Shown in pieces: positions 29,661 to 39,489 of a stretch of DNA of 64,000 nucleotides. The notes under the pieces were generated by a model that saw only the letters and a program-made list of their open reading frames with translations, did not search any database and was not told the origin of the DNA. Within the stretch, counting starts at the first letter, position 1. Each line of letters opens with the position of its first letter. The stretch is from IMG/VR virus record IMGVR_UViG_3300016464_000385; one strand, given 5' to 3'. Source of the stretch: an uncultured virus (IMG/VR IMGVR_UViG_3300016464_000385). Its lineage: Duplodnaviria; Heunggongvirae; Uroviricota; Caudoviricetes. Made by a program: the position numbers and the translations under genes.

Positions 29661-30574
29661 ATAATTTCTTTTAGTAGTCTATTACAAAGGTTATGTACAA
29701 TTTCTGGATAGTTGCCATAATTTTTATCCACAGAACCTTGTTTACCCAAAACAATTGGTTCTCTTGGAACGTAATAATTTATTCTATCTTTAACAGTTTC
29801 ATAAAAAACGTGTTCTAGATAATTGTTTTCATAATCGTTGACTTGTTTGTATGCATGAAACAATTCTTCTTTATAATAAGATGTATTAACACAATAAAAT
29901 CTAGTATCAATAGCTAGTTTATTTGCTATATAATGCAGATTAAAATATTCAAAAGACCCCTTACTATTCATAAATAGATACTCATAAAACGGCACGTATT
30001 GTTTGCCATTCATTTTTACAAATTTATCGAATTTAGTTTCGTTTAATATTTTACTATTATCGAAAGCATATTCAAGGTTTTCACCTTCTCCATATCCCTT
30101 TCCAAATTTACTTACGTTATCAGAACCTTGGAAAGATATAAATTCAATATTCTTACCGAATTCTTTACCAATATCAAATAATTTATCCGTATTTAATTTA
30201 AATTCAGAACTTTCTACTATTAGGATATTCTTAAAACTTTTATCCAATATCCAAGCGCAAAGCCCTAAAAGATTTTCCCTCAATCTTACTTGAGGGTCTG
30301 TCATATGAAGAAATGGTACGTTCTTAGGAGAAATAGTCCAAGTTATAACCATAGGAGTATTTTCATCTGCTGATTCTTTCCTATTTTCCGATAGGTATTT
30401 TATAAGAGTATCATAATAAATATCGTTTATATTTTCGTAATAATACCCTAAATTGTTTAAATAACTAAAAGATTCGTAGAATTTTTTATTGTTATTATAA
30501 TAGTTTATTATATCAATAACGTTATTTTTATTGGAAAGATCGTATTTACCAGTTAAAAACTTAAATCCATCCAT
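29657..30574 (-). CDS. Hypothetical protein, GT-A-like domain
   Basis: R...N, ESS, GKGYGE, K.NG pattern seen in polysaccharide-locus proteins. Confidence 0.5.
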   Translation of the reverse strand: MDGFKFLTGKYDLSNKNNVIDIINYYNNNKKFYESFSYLNNLGYYYENINDIYYDTLIKYLSENRKESADENTPMVITWTISPKNVPFLHMTDPQVRLRENLLGLCAWILDKSFKNILIVESSEFKLNTDKLFDIGKEFGKNIEFISFQGSDNVSKFGKGYGEGENLEYAFDNSKILNETKFDKFVKMNGKQYVPFYEYLFMNSKGSFEYFNLHYIANKLAIDTRFYCVNTSYYKEELFHAYKQVNDYENNYLEHVFYETVKDRINYYVPREPIVLGKQGSVDKNYGNYPEIVHNLCNRLLKEII

Positions 30575-30577
30575 AAA

Positions 30578-31471
30578 TCACCAATAAGCTTTTTCAAATC
30601 TATCGAATACATTTTTATTTTTAGGTAAATCTGATTCTAATGTATAAATCCAATTATTGTTAAACAATTTAAGCCAATCTTTATAGTATTCCTGAGTCGT
30701 CCATCTAGAACCTAGAATACCAAAATACAACTGAATAGCTCCGCATAAAGTAATTCCTATCTTACCGTTTTCTTTCGCATGATTTGCCAATCCAGGAGAA
30801 TACGCTGCTGCGCCAACTAAAAGAACATCATAATCATATTGATCTATTTGATTTTTCATATATTGCAGACTTTGGTCCCAACTATAACAATTTTCAAATT
30901 GTCTATCATCCATCTGCGGATGGAAAGGAGAACGAATAACATCAACCAAATCGAAAGGAGCAATTTCTTCCAAATAATCTCCCCAAATATCTTTCATCTT
31001 ATCCCATTGTAATTTAATACTATCATAATGAGAAGATACTACAAGAACTTTTTTACCTTTCAAATTTTTTGTCCATGGATTTGAAATGATTTCCCTGTTT
31101 AATATAACACCAGGATCTAATATTTCAATTTTTTTAACTCCATAAACGCTAAATTTATCTTTACAGTGGGCTTCTACAAAAACAGTATTTCTTTCTACTT
31201 CACCAGAAACATCGACAAACCCTAGTACATCAGCATTATCAATAGCTTTTATATTTTCATTCAACCAAATCGTGGTTAGGTATCTAGGATCCATTGGATA
31301 CACTCCGGAAGTCAGAGATAACCAATAATGAAATTCTTCCAGAGGAACCGTTTGTCTGAAGAAACAGTCGATGAAATAACCCTCCATATTACCTATTCTA
31401 ATTATAGAAAAAGGATTTCCTGCGTCAAATAGACCAGAAATTTTGTCGTTTATAACTTGCAATTCATTCAT
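30578..31471 (-). CDS. Hypothetical protein, possible GT-D-like glycosyltransferase
   Basis: RIG..E, PW...L.GKKVLVV, DV.LVGA.AY, GA.QL.FGI.G.RW; likely start MNELQ. Confidence 0.55.
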   Translation of the reverse strand: MNELQVINDKISGLFDAGNPFSIIRIGNMEGYFIDCFFRQTVPLEEFHYWLSLTSGVYPMDPRYLTTIWLNENIKAIDNADVLGFVDVSGEVERNTVFVEAHCKDKFSVYGVKKIEILDPGVILNREIISNPWTKNLKGKKVLVVSSHYDSIKLQWDKMKDIWGDYLEEIAPFDLVDVIRSPFHPQMDDRQFENCYSWDQSLQYMKNQIDQYDYDVLLVGAAAYSPGLANHAKENGKIGITLCGAIQLYFGILGSRWTTQEYYKDWLKLFNNNWIYTLESDLPKNKNVFDRFEKAYW

Positions 31472-31475
31472 AAAT

Positions 31476-32423
31476 TCACCAAATAAAATTATTCTTTTCA
31501 AATAAAACAATATCTTTCAGATTTTCATCAAAATCGGCTTGAGGAGTCCAACCAAGGGATTTTAATTTAGAATCATCTATAGAATACCTAACGTCTTGTC
31601 CTGGTCTACTGTAATCAAAATCCACATATTTTTCAATATCTTCGTTTTCATTATTATAATATAATTTTATCAATTTTTCAAGTACGTTTATATTTTTATC
31701 TTCGTAATTTCCTCCGATATTAAATATTTCGTTGACTTGTTCAGATTCAATTATTGTTATAATAGCTGATGCGGTATCCGAAGCATGTAACCAAGTTCTT
31801 CTGGGTTGTCCACCTTCATGGACTGGTATTTTTCTACCTAGCTTCAAATGTTTGCACGTTTTCGGAATTAATTTTTCTACATATTGACCGATTCCGTAAT
31901 TATTACTTGGTCTTACTATTACATAAGGAACATTAAACGTTCTTCCCCAAGCAAGAATCAGCATATCTGCAGAAGCTTTTGTTGCAGAATATGGATTAGA
32001 AGGTTTTAATAAATCAGTTTCTTTGTGAGCACCTTTAACAATATCTCCATACACTTCATCTGTACTGAAATGGAGTAAGACAGGCATTTTGAATTTGTGT
32101 TTTTGTTTTATTAATTCGAGTAAATGATGAACGCCGTTTATATTGCTATGTAAAAATTCAGTAGAACTGATTATTGAATTATCTACATGAGATTCAGCTG
32201 CTGTATTAATTATATAATCGCAATCATATAATCTATCTAAATCATTAATGTCCGAGTGTATAAACTTAAAATTTTTGAATAACTTTAAAGATTTAAGTAA
32301 ATTTGGATTAGCTGCATAAGTTATTTTATCAACACCTATAACATACCACCCTTTTTGTAAACAGGAAAGGGTTACATAATAACCAATAAAACCCAAACAA
32401 CCAGTAACATAAACGACTTTCAT
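31476..32423 (-). CDS. rmlB: dTDP-glucose 4,6-dehydratase-like
   Basis: VTG.LGFIG, DK.TYA, AAESHVDNS, STDEVYG, PYSATKA, NNYG..Q..EKLIP, RPGQD.RY. Confidence 0.85.
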   Translation of the reverse strand: MKVVYVTGCLGFIGYYVTLSCLQKGWYVIGVDKITYAANPNLLKSLKLFKNFKFIHSDINDLDRLYDCDYIINTAAESHVDNSIISSTEFLHSNINGVHHLLELIKQKHKFKMPVLLHFSTDEVYGDIVKGAHKETDLLKPSNPYSATKASADMLILAWGRTFNVPYVIVRPSNNYGIGQYVEKLIPKTCKHLKLGRKIPVHEGGQPRRTWLHASDTASAIITIIESEQVNEIFNIGGNYEDKNINVLEKLIKLYYNNENEDIEKYVDFDYSRPGQDVRYSIDDSKLKSLGWTPQADFDENLKDIVLFEKNNFIW

Positions 32424-33211
32424 AATATATAATCCCTCAATCCAGCTTCTACGCCTTTCAATTTAAAATTTAAACTATCCAATTTCTCAGAAGAACCAGT
32501 ATAGTTTTTGTTTACTTTGTTATATATAACGTCAATTTTTATGTTATGAAAGTTTGTAAATTTAGAAACCAGATCACTCAAAAGGAATTTTTCTTTATAA
32601 ACTAAATTAATATCTTTATAAAACGGATCTGTATCTATATAATGATTCATTACCGGAATTAAATCTTCCAAATTAAAAAAGTCAAAATATCTATCTTCTA
32701 TAGTAATTTCTTTGGAATTTGCTATTTTATTAAAAATTCCTTTCTTAATACTATGATGTAAACATCCAAACAACCTCAAAGTATAGAAATTTTCTGTATT
32801 TAAACAAACATTAGATATATGATTTTTACTGAGGCCATAATGATCGAAAGGTTTTATATTAAGGATATCTTCTTCATTATTATTATCTATTGATACAGAT
32901 CTATCGAATTCAGCTCCAGAACCAAAATTAATCAGTTTACCAAAATTCTCTTTAGCATAATAAAGGTTATAGAAGATATTCAAATTCTCGAAATACGATT
33001 CAACGGAAAACTTCTCCATGGATAAATCCATGTTAGCTGCGCAATTTATAATTACATCAGGGGTTTCTTTTTTTAATAATTTGAATACCGATTCTCTATT
33101 AGTTAAATCGCACTGTTTCCTAGTTATTGATTTTATTTTATAATCAAGAGATTTTTTTAAAAAATTTCCTACGCATCCATTAGATCCTAGCAGTAATATT
33201 TTATTTGCCAT
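32420..33211 (-). CDS. NAD-dependent NDP-sugar epimerase/reductase
   Basis: LLGSNG.VG, NCAA, GSGAEF, YGLSK. Confidence 0.8.
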   Translation of the reverse strand: MANKILLLGSNGCVGNFLKKSLDYKIKSITRKQCDLTNRESVFKLLKKETPDVIINCAANMDLSMEKFSVESYFENLNIFYNLYYAKENFGKLINFGSGAEFDRSVSIDNNNEEDILNIKPFDHYGLSKNHISNVCLNTENFYTLRLFGCLHHSIKKGIFNKIANSKEITIEDRYFDFFNLEDLIPVMNHYIDTDPFYKDINLVYKEKFLLSDLVSKFTNFHNIKIDVIYNKVNKNYTGSSEKLDSLNFKLKGVEAGLRDYIL

Positions 33212-33734
33212 AGTCAGAAGATTCCACGATTATACTGCTTTTGTTATTATTGTATGCATACTTATATGCTTCGAATACTTTTTCCGGAGTAAAAGCTTCT
33301 ATAACATCAATATTCTTACACATCAAAGAAAACGCATCAGAAAAATTTCCTTTATGTTGATCTTGAGGATCAACAGGAATAACAGAACCAACTGCAACTC
33401 TTATAATAACCTTTGGGTTATATTGACCATCGCTCATAAAAAAGAGTTTATCCAAATGATTCACAACTTGATCTGTTGCACTTAATAGAAAATTCCATCT
33501 AGGATATACAGAAATAGGAACAAAACCATTAAGGGCCATTCCAATACTAAAACCCATTTGAAAATTTTCAGCAACTGGAAATTCTATTCGTTTTTCCTTT
33601 GGTAGATGTGATAATGTGTCATATAATCCGGTTCCTTCATATAATACAGATTGACCTAAAAATATAGTATCAGATTGATCTGATAGCCAACTCATAGCCC
33701 GTTTTAATTGTTCTTTATAAATTGCTTGACTCAA
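33201..33734 (-). CDS. TPP enzyme pyrimidine-binding subunit (short PDH E1-beta/transketolase-like)
   Basis: FLGQ, EFPVAEN.QMG..IG.A, DQ.VNH, QH. Confidence 0.85.
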   Translation of the reverse strand: MSQAIYKEQLKRAMSWLSDQSDTIFLGQSVLYEGTGLYDTLSHLPKEKRIEFPVAENFQMGFSIGMALNGFVPISVYPRWNFLLSATDQVVNHLDKLFFMSDGQYNPKVIIRVAVGSVIPVDPQDQHKGNFSDAFSLMCKNIDVIEAFTPEKVFEAYKYAYNNNKSSIIVESSDYGK

Positions 33735-34360
33735 AATTGCACCCTAATTCCAGCTCCGGCATGCGGATATTTTTCATTCTTATATGTATAGGCTATTAAA
33801 TTTTCGCCCTCGTACCAATTAATATCTTGATGGTAGAAAGGGATGTACCAAGGAGAAGAACTCCCCCAAACTTCATCCGTTGGAGAAGTTACGCTCAATC
33901 CATTGTTTTCTATGATGAACGTTATTGGAAGGTTATGGTTTACAGAATACTTATATGCCTCATGAAAAGCTCCCGTTTCCGCACTCATATCTCCAACCCA
34001 ACACCAAACTTTAGATTTTTGTCGATTGAGTTTAATTGATTCAGCAATACCGACGGCGATACTTGGAATACCGCCGACAATACTAGAACAAACTATTTTA
34101 TATTCAGATAAATTCATCACCATACTCTTACCAGCAACGATCCTTTCCATCAAAAGATCTTCTGGTACACCTTTAAGTAAACATTGGTAATGATTCCTCC
34201 AAGTACAACAAACCCAATCATTAACAACGTCAATATTTTCAAAGATTTTCATCATTTTATCTTCATTTCCATGATATAAATGAATAGGCGCTTTTATCTC
34301 GGCGTTATTGAATTTTGTTGCGACTTTATTTTCAAACTCAATTAATTGTTCTTTATTCAT
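33731..34360 (-). CDS. TPP enzyme diphosphate-binding subunit (short PDH E1-alpha-like)
   Basis: PIHL..GNE, WRNH, SIVGG, GDM.AETG.F.E...ENN TPP motif. Confidence 0.85.
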   Translation of the reverse strand: MNKEQLIEFENKVATKFNNAEIKAPIHLYHGNEDKMMKIFENIDVVNDWVCCTWRNHYQCLLKGVPEDLLMERIVAGKSMVMNLSEYKIVCSSIVGGIPSIAVGIAESIKLNRQKSKVWCWVGDMSAETGAFHEAYKYSVNHNLPITFIIENNGLSVTSPTDEVWGSSSPWYIPFYHQDINWYEGENLIAYTYKNEKYPHAGAGIRVQF

Positions 34361-35036
34361 AAATAACTTTATCAAAATATTCTTTTGCTAGATTTATTCT
34401 ATTATCCCAACCAGTCCCAGGGAAATGAATTAGCCAATCACCACTTTCCCATAATCCTCTATCACCATTGACGTCCTTCGCAGCTAAACTTACTCCATTT
34501 TCATCATCTCCGTAATGCTTGAAGTCGTAGCTGTTCATAAAATTCTGAGGCATTAATTTAATAATATCAGAAAATTTATCAAAAGAATCTAACATATATT
34601 GTTGCTCAGCAAACATATGATTTCCATATATTGGCAAACTATCAAGAATACTTTTCAGCCAATTTTTAGTTTCTTCTGAATTCTTTAATAGAATAGAATC
34701 ACAATTGATTTTATAATTAAAATCGCCCGTCATTATAATATGTTTATTTGGATCGTCTCTTAATGCTTCTTCGATTTTATCTTCGATCTTGGTGTTAAAG
34801 TTCATAACAAGACTATCGGCTCCTGTCCACCAAATCCAACTACAATCAGGGATATTATTCAAAATATCTAATAGAAATGCAATTTTCTCGAATCCAATAG
34901 GAACCCCATAAAATCCTCCAATTTTAGATAAAGGGAGGTAATCATGTTTTTCGCAATATTTAAGTTTATTAGATTCCCATGTAATATCAGATAGGAGTTT
35001 AAAATTTTCAGTATGTATTGATGCTAATATAATCAT
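34353..35036 (-). CDS. GT34 (GMA12/MNN10)-like glycosyltransferase
   Basis: NK.KYC.KH.Y, WIWW.GADS, EQ, MNSY, GDWLIHFPG. Confidence 0.7.
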   Translation of the reverse strand: MIILASIHTENFKLLSDITWESNKLKYCEKHDYLPLSKIGGFYGVPIGFEKIAFLLDILNNIPDCSWIWWTGADSLVMNFNTKIEDKIEEALRDDPNKHIIMTGDFNYKINCDSILLKNSEETKNWLKSILDSLPIYGNHMFAEQQYMLDSFDKFSDIIKLMPQNFMNSYDFKHYGDDENGVSLAAKDVNGDRGLWESGDWLIHFPGTGWDNRINLAKEYFDKVIYE

Positions 35037-35047
35037 TTGTATTACCT

Positions 35048-36373
35048 TTAATATTGTTTCATAAAATTATCCAGAACATTTCCGATATAAGAAATTTGCT
35101 CTGTTGTAACTACTGGACTTGTTCCATGGAAAAAAGTATTCATAGTTGAATATGTAGCTTTAGGATAATTATTCTTAGCTTCATTCAAATCCATTAAATG
35201 ATTATATCCTGGCTGTAATATAATATTACCAGCAAAATATGGCCTGGTCTGAATCAGATTATCCTCAAAATAATTCACGATATCGCTTCTTGTGAAAGGA
35301 GAATTTTCCTTAATAGTCAGAGGAAAAGCAAACCAACTAGGGTCGCTTAAATCGGTTGCTCTAGGAATATAAAAAAATTCTTCATATTTTTCGTAGATAT
35401 CAAATAAAGACTTATAATTATTTTTTCTGATATTAGTAATTTCAGGAATTTTCTTGATCTGTTCAATACCAATAGCAGCTTGCAACTCTAAAGGTTTTAA
35501 GTTATATCCAATCTCATCATAAACATACTTATGATCAAAAGTTTCGTCTGGTAATGCAGGTAGCCAATTATTAAAACGAACTTTACAAGTTCCGCATTTC
35601 AGCTTATTAGCTTTTGGACCAGCGCAATAACAACCCCTACCCCATTCTCTAAAGCTTCTTAGGATAATTTCTTGTTCTTTGGTATTACAAGATACAAACC
35701 CTCCTTCTCCCATAGTAATATGATGGGCAGGATAAAAACTACATGAAGACATTTCACCAAAACTTCCTAGTTCTTTTCCGTCGTAACTAGAACCTAACGC
35801 ATCACAACAATCTTCAAGAAGGATCAGTTTATATCTATCAACAAGTTCCATCAATCTATTCATATTAGGAGGATTTCCTAATACATGAGCAAAAGTTATA
35901 ACCTTAATATCAGGGTTTTCAGATAATACTTGTTCGACTTTGTCTAGATCAAGGTTTAAGGTATTTAATTCAATATCGACAAATACAGGCTCAAAACCAA
36001 TCTGAATTATTGGATTAAGAGTGGTAGGAAATCCTGCAATAGGAACTAATACCTTAGTACCCTTCGGCAAATTATGGCCTCTACGACTCGTCAGAGCAGT
36101 CATCATAAGAAGGTTTGAACTTGATCCACTGTTCGTTAAAATTCCATATTCCTTTCCAAAAAACTTAGGAAACTTTCTTTCGAATTTTAATCCAACTTCT
36201 CCCATTGCTAACCAGCCGCCGAGTAAACTATCTACAGCAGCAACGAATTCAGAAGAATCGAAATAAGGGCCAGCATACCCAATAAAATCTTTTCCAGCTT
36301 CCCACTTTTTATTGAGTAGATTTTCGTTAACATATTCTTCTATTAACTTCAAAATATTTTCTTTCTTATTCAT
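35048..36373 (-). CDS. rfbH: NDP-4-keto-6-deoxyglucose 3-dehydrase (RfbH/DdhC/E1 family)
   Basis: NSGSSSNL, FPTT.NP, EDCCDALGS, SFYPAHHITMGEGG (His for Lys), WGR.CYC Fe-S motif, DHKY, GYNLKP. Confidence 0.9.
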   Translation of the reverse strand: MNKKENILKLIEEYVNENLLNKKWEAGKDFIGYAGPYFDSSEFVAAVDSLLGGWLAMGEVGLKFERKFPKFFGKEYGILTNSGSSSNLLMMTALTSRRGHNLPKGTKVLVPIAGFPTTLNPIIQIGFEPVFVDIELNTLNLDLDKVEQVLSENPDIKVITFAHVLGNPPNMNRLMELVDRYKLILLEDCCDALGSSYDGKELGSFGEMSSCSFYPAHHITMGEGGFVSCNTKEQEIILRSFREWGRGCYCAGPKANKLKCGTCKVRFNNWLPALPDETFDHKYVYDEIGYNLKPLELQAAIGIEQIKKIPEITNIRKNNYKSLFDIYEKYEEFFYIPRATDLSDPSWFAFPLTIKENSPFTRSDIVNYFEDNLIQTRPYFAGNIILQPGYNHLMDLNEAKNNYPKATYSTMNTFFHGTSPVVTTEQISYIGNVLDNFMKQY

Positions 36374-36374
36374 T

Positions 36375-37232
36375 TCACTTCCTAATAATATTAGATAAAA
36401 AATTATATAACGAATCCATAGTAGGCATCTGGTTAAATAAAGGTTCTGATGCCTTTTTAATAAACTTTTCCTTATCGTTCTCCAGATCAGAAACGAATTC
36501 TAAGATAGAATCTGGTAAACGGTTTCGATTTAATTCATTAGCATTTAATATACAATTTGAATTGAAATCCGAGGAAACTTCTGGACCATAATATAGAGGT
36601 ATACATCCAGCAACTTTTGCTTGTAATAGCTTTTCAGTTATATATCCATCATAAATTGAATTCTCGAAGCAAATATTCCATCTATAATTTTCCAACAATT
36701 TTACTTTATCGCCATCATAAGGATTTCCGAAAACCTTTCCATATCCATGAACTGGTTTATATGAATTGAGTTTTTCAGCAACTTCAATTCTATTCTGTAC
36801 CGGATTTCCTATCATAATAGAACAAAAACCATTTCTATTATAAATTTCCTCAGGATCCCATTTATAATTTAATTGTTCTAAAGATATAGTAGCATGAGGG
36901 AAATTGGGTTCATTCCACCAGTTAATATAAAGATACCAATGAGAAAGTCTAAAGTTTCTTCCTCCGTAAGTATCATAATCAAAACTCAATGAATAATCCG
37001 CAAAATTTAAATCAGGTCTTTCGTTTTCTCCAGTATAGAAAATTCTAACAGCTTTTAGATTTTTTACTCGGCTTCTTTCATTTCCAAACCCAGAAGCAAA
37101 TATAATGTCAGCTTCTTCTGGAGGAGAATTAAAATTTATTTCTTTATCGTTTAAGATTTCTCTGAATACTAAATTAAACCAATTTGAGTTTGAATCAAAT
37201 CCAGGCCAAAAGTCGATATAACAAATATTCAT
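36375..37232 (-). CDS. GT10 alpha-1,3-fucosyltransferase-like
   Basis: DFW, FYTGEN.RP, ICFENS..GYITEKL......GCIPLYYG. Confidence 0.85.
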   Translation of the reverse strand: MNICYIDFWPGFDSNSNWFNLVFREILNDKEINFNSPPEEADIIFASGFGNERSRVKNLKAVRIFYTGENERPDLNFADYSLSFDYDTYGGRNFRLSHWYLYINWWNEPNFPHATISLEQLNYKWDPEEIYNRNGFCSIMIGNPVQNRIEVAEKLNSYKPVHGYGKVFGNPYDGDKVKLLENYRWNICFENSIYDGYITEKLLQAKVAGCIPLYYGPEVSSDFNSNCILNANELNRNRLPDSILEFVSDLENDKEKFIKKASEPLFNQMPTMDSLYNFLSNIIRK

Positions 37233-38011
37233 CTAATAACAGCCTCTGTATCATAAATCAAAATTTGACCCTTTGGGACATTTCCTACCTGTTTAACATT
37301 ATACAATTGAGATAAAAAAGGAGGATTAACTTTAATATGATAAATGACTCGTTTCAAATCATCATTACATTTATAGAACATAACTTGCATTTCATTTTCC
37401 GCTTGTTCTTTTTTATATCCAGTAGAAGCAGGATGAGAAATTGTAAAGTTATAGTCTCGAATAACCATTCTTCCTTTTAGATGGGAGAAAGCGCAAATCA
37501 ATAAATCCCAACCCCAACCTAATTGATTTTCTTTCATCAGATCCAAATTAGCAAGCATACTATCAGCCATATCTCTATGGAAAATCCAGCAAGTATTGTC
37601 TGTAGTTGCCACGACCTTTAAATTATTTTCTAAAGGAAATACATCAGTTTTCTCCGGTATATAAAAAGTATCATCAACGTTAGGGGCATATACTCCAAAA
37701 TTATAATCCTGATACGCTTTACCAGCAGATTCAGCAATATGTTGGAAATTATCATATGAAGCATCAGCTTGAATATGCCAGAGAAATTTAAAATCCCCTT
37801 GATTAAAAATTTCCAGAGCTTTTCTAAATTGGTCTGAAAAATAACATTGATTCCCTATATTGATCCAATTATCAGGAGTATTGTCATCGTCCGAATTAAT
37901 CACGATAACATTATCAAAAATTTCAGATAATTGCATTTCTAATCTTTTTGCGTTTTCATATTGACCTTTCCAGGAAAAAATGAAAGGTTGAATTTCTTTC
38001 ATAATACTCAT
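37229..38011 (-). CDS. Putative GT-A glycosyltransferase
   Basis: QAD, YAP, GWGWD, H motifs; in island. Confidence 0.55.
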   Translation of the reverse strand: MSIMKEIQPFIFSWKGQYENAKRLEMQLSEIFDNVIVINSDDDNTPDNWINIGNQCYFSDQFRKALEIFNQGDFKFLWHIQADASYDNFQHIAESAGKAYQDYNFGVYAPNVDDTFYIPEKTDVFPLENNLKVVATTDNTCWIFHRDMADSMLANLDLMKENQLGWGWDLLICAFSHLKGRMVIRDYNFTISHPASTGYKKEQAENEMQVMFYKCNDDLKRVIYHIKVNPPFLSQLYNVKQVGNVPKGQILIYDTEAVIR

Positions 38012-38349
38012 ATAGTCATCCCCCAATTATTTAATCTTCTAATTACATCTTCGCTAGTATGCCCGTCCCATTCAGGAGACTTTTCCAAAGTTTGTATTGA
38101 ATCAAGCATTCCCCAAAATTGATCAGCAATGTGATATGTTATAGTTCCTGTCGGTAAATTCATACCAGCAATAAACCAACCTTCATAAGAAGATCCGTCG
38201 TTATGAATTCTTGATCTCCAAGAAATATTTTTATTACACTTCATCAAGCACATAAACAACATAATCCTATGTGCATATAATTCATCAAACGTGTGAAAAC
38301 CGTCTGAAATTTTTCCAGGGTTTTCGCATTCAATTACAACTTTAGCCAT
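38008..38349 (-). CDS. WDGH-domain phage hypothetical protein
   Basis: SDG.HTF.ELY.HR, W.S..H.DG, G.ITYH, WDGHT. Confidence 0.7.
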   Translation of the reverse strand: MAKVVIECENPGKISDGFHTFDELYAHRIMLFMCLMKCNKNISWRSRIHNDGSSYEGWFIAGMNLPTGTITYHIADQFWGMLDSIQTLEKSPEWDGHTSEDVIRRLNNWGMTI

Positions 38350-39058
38350 TATTCCTCCAAGGATATTTACCATTATAATGATTTTCTGATTCTTTATTCC
38401 AAAATTCCCAAAATTCGCCAGTCAAATTATTATCTCCGCCTAATCTATAATTTAAAGTATATTCTCCGGAGCAATCGAACTTTTTAAAATTATCGGATAA
38501 TACTTGAAAATACCTTCTATCATGACCCCATCCACCAACGAAGTACGGAGCAACCATCATAGCTACTTCCCTTTTAATGCAATATGTGCTTGTATCACAA
38601 AGTTTATAATTAAACACGGTAGAATATTTGCCAAGACTTTCGCAATCGTCGTTACAAATATATTCTCCTTCTTTTGATACTATTTTTCTAAGAGAATACG
38701 ACCAATCTAGATCATCCGATTCTATTTTATTAATACAAGATTCAACATGATTTTTATCAAACCAACAATCTTGATCTAGATAAAGAATGTAATCGGCGTT
38801 AACTAAAAACGAAAAAGCAGAATAAATTCTATGACCATTTTGACCGTTTGCTCCGGTATTTTCCGGTAAATAATATTCAACTAAATTTTTACCGAAGTTC
38901 TTGAATATAGTTTTACTAACTACCTTTTTAGAATGCTCAATTCCATCACTAACGAGATATACTTTTGTATTTTCATAGGTCTGAGAGATAGCAGAATCTA
39001 CAGCTTGCCATACTGTATCTGCTCCAGTGGTAGGGATAATAATAGCCGCTTGTTTCAT
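38342..39058 (-). CDS. GT2 glycosyltransferase
   Basis: IIIPT, QTY, DG, YLDQDCW (DxD), DTS, DR. Confidence 0.85.
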   Translation of the reverse strand: MKQAAIIIPTTGADTVWQAVDSAISQTYENTKVYLVSDGIEHSKKVVSKTIFKNFGKNLVEYYLPENTGANGQNGHRIYSAFSFLVNADYILYLDQDCWFDKNHVESCINKIESDDLDWSYSLRKIVSKEGEYICNDDCESLGKYSTVFNYKLCDTSTYCIKREVAMMVAPYFVGGWGHDRRYFQVLSDNFKKFDCSGEYTLNYRLGGDNNLTGEFWEFWNKESENHYNGKYPWRNNG

Positions 39059-39483
39059 AATATTATGACTCCAAAATTTTCATTACAACCTTCAATATAA
39101 TCTAATGTATATATAACGGTTTTTATACCATAATCCGTAATACAACGCAAACAACCTTCACATGGAGCAGCCAATCCAGAAACAAAATTAGTTTTTTCTG
39201 TGGAATTATATTTTACCCTAGCAATATACAGAATAGAACTTTCGAATTTATCAAAATTCAGTTTCTTATCGGCTGTATGTATTGCAGAAGTTTCTGCATG
39301 CCAATATATTGATTCTTCGTTTTTTGCGTATCTTCTTTGGTAAGGATGGGTTTTCATTTGATTGACGCCATAAGAAATTGATTTATTCCTATGAACAAGA
39401 GAGGACGCAATCCAGACTTTAGGATGAGTTCCGGAATGCGCCAAAGTTTTTAGATTGTTTAAAATTTTCAAGTGAGTTTTCAT
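39055..39483 (-). CDS. Zn-dependent CMP/dCMP-deaminase-fold protein
   Basis: HAE...PCEGC; start set at MKTHLK (39483) from promoter position. Confidence 0.75.
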   Translation of the reverse strand: MKTHLKILNNLKTLAHSGTHPKVWIASSLVHRNKSISYGVNQMKTHPYQRRYAKNEESIYWHAETSAIHTADKKLNFDKFESSILYIARVKYNSTEKTNFVSGLAAPCEGCLRCITDYGIKTVIYTLDYIEGCNENFGVIIL

Positions 39484-39489
39484 CAACAT

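Noticed and set aside
33201..34360. Pyruvate dehydrogenase E1 as a central-metabolism AMG
   Set aside because: Subunits are much shorter than true E1, no E2/E3 is present, and they sit among NDP-sugar genes
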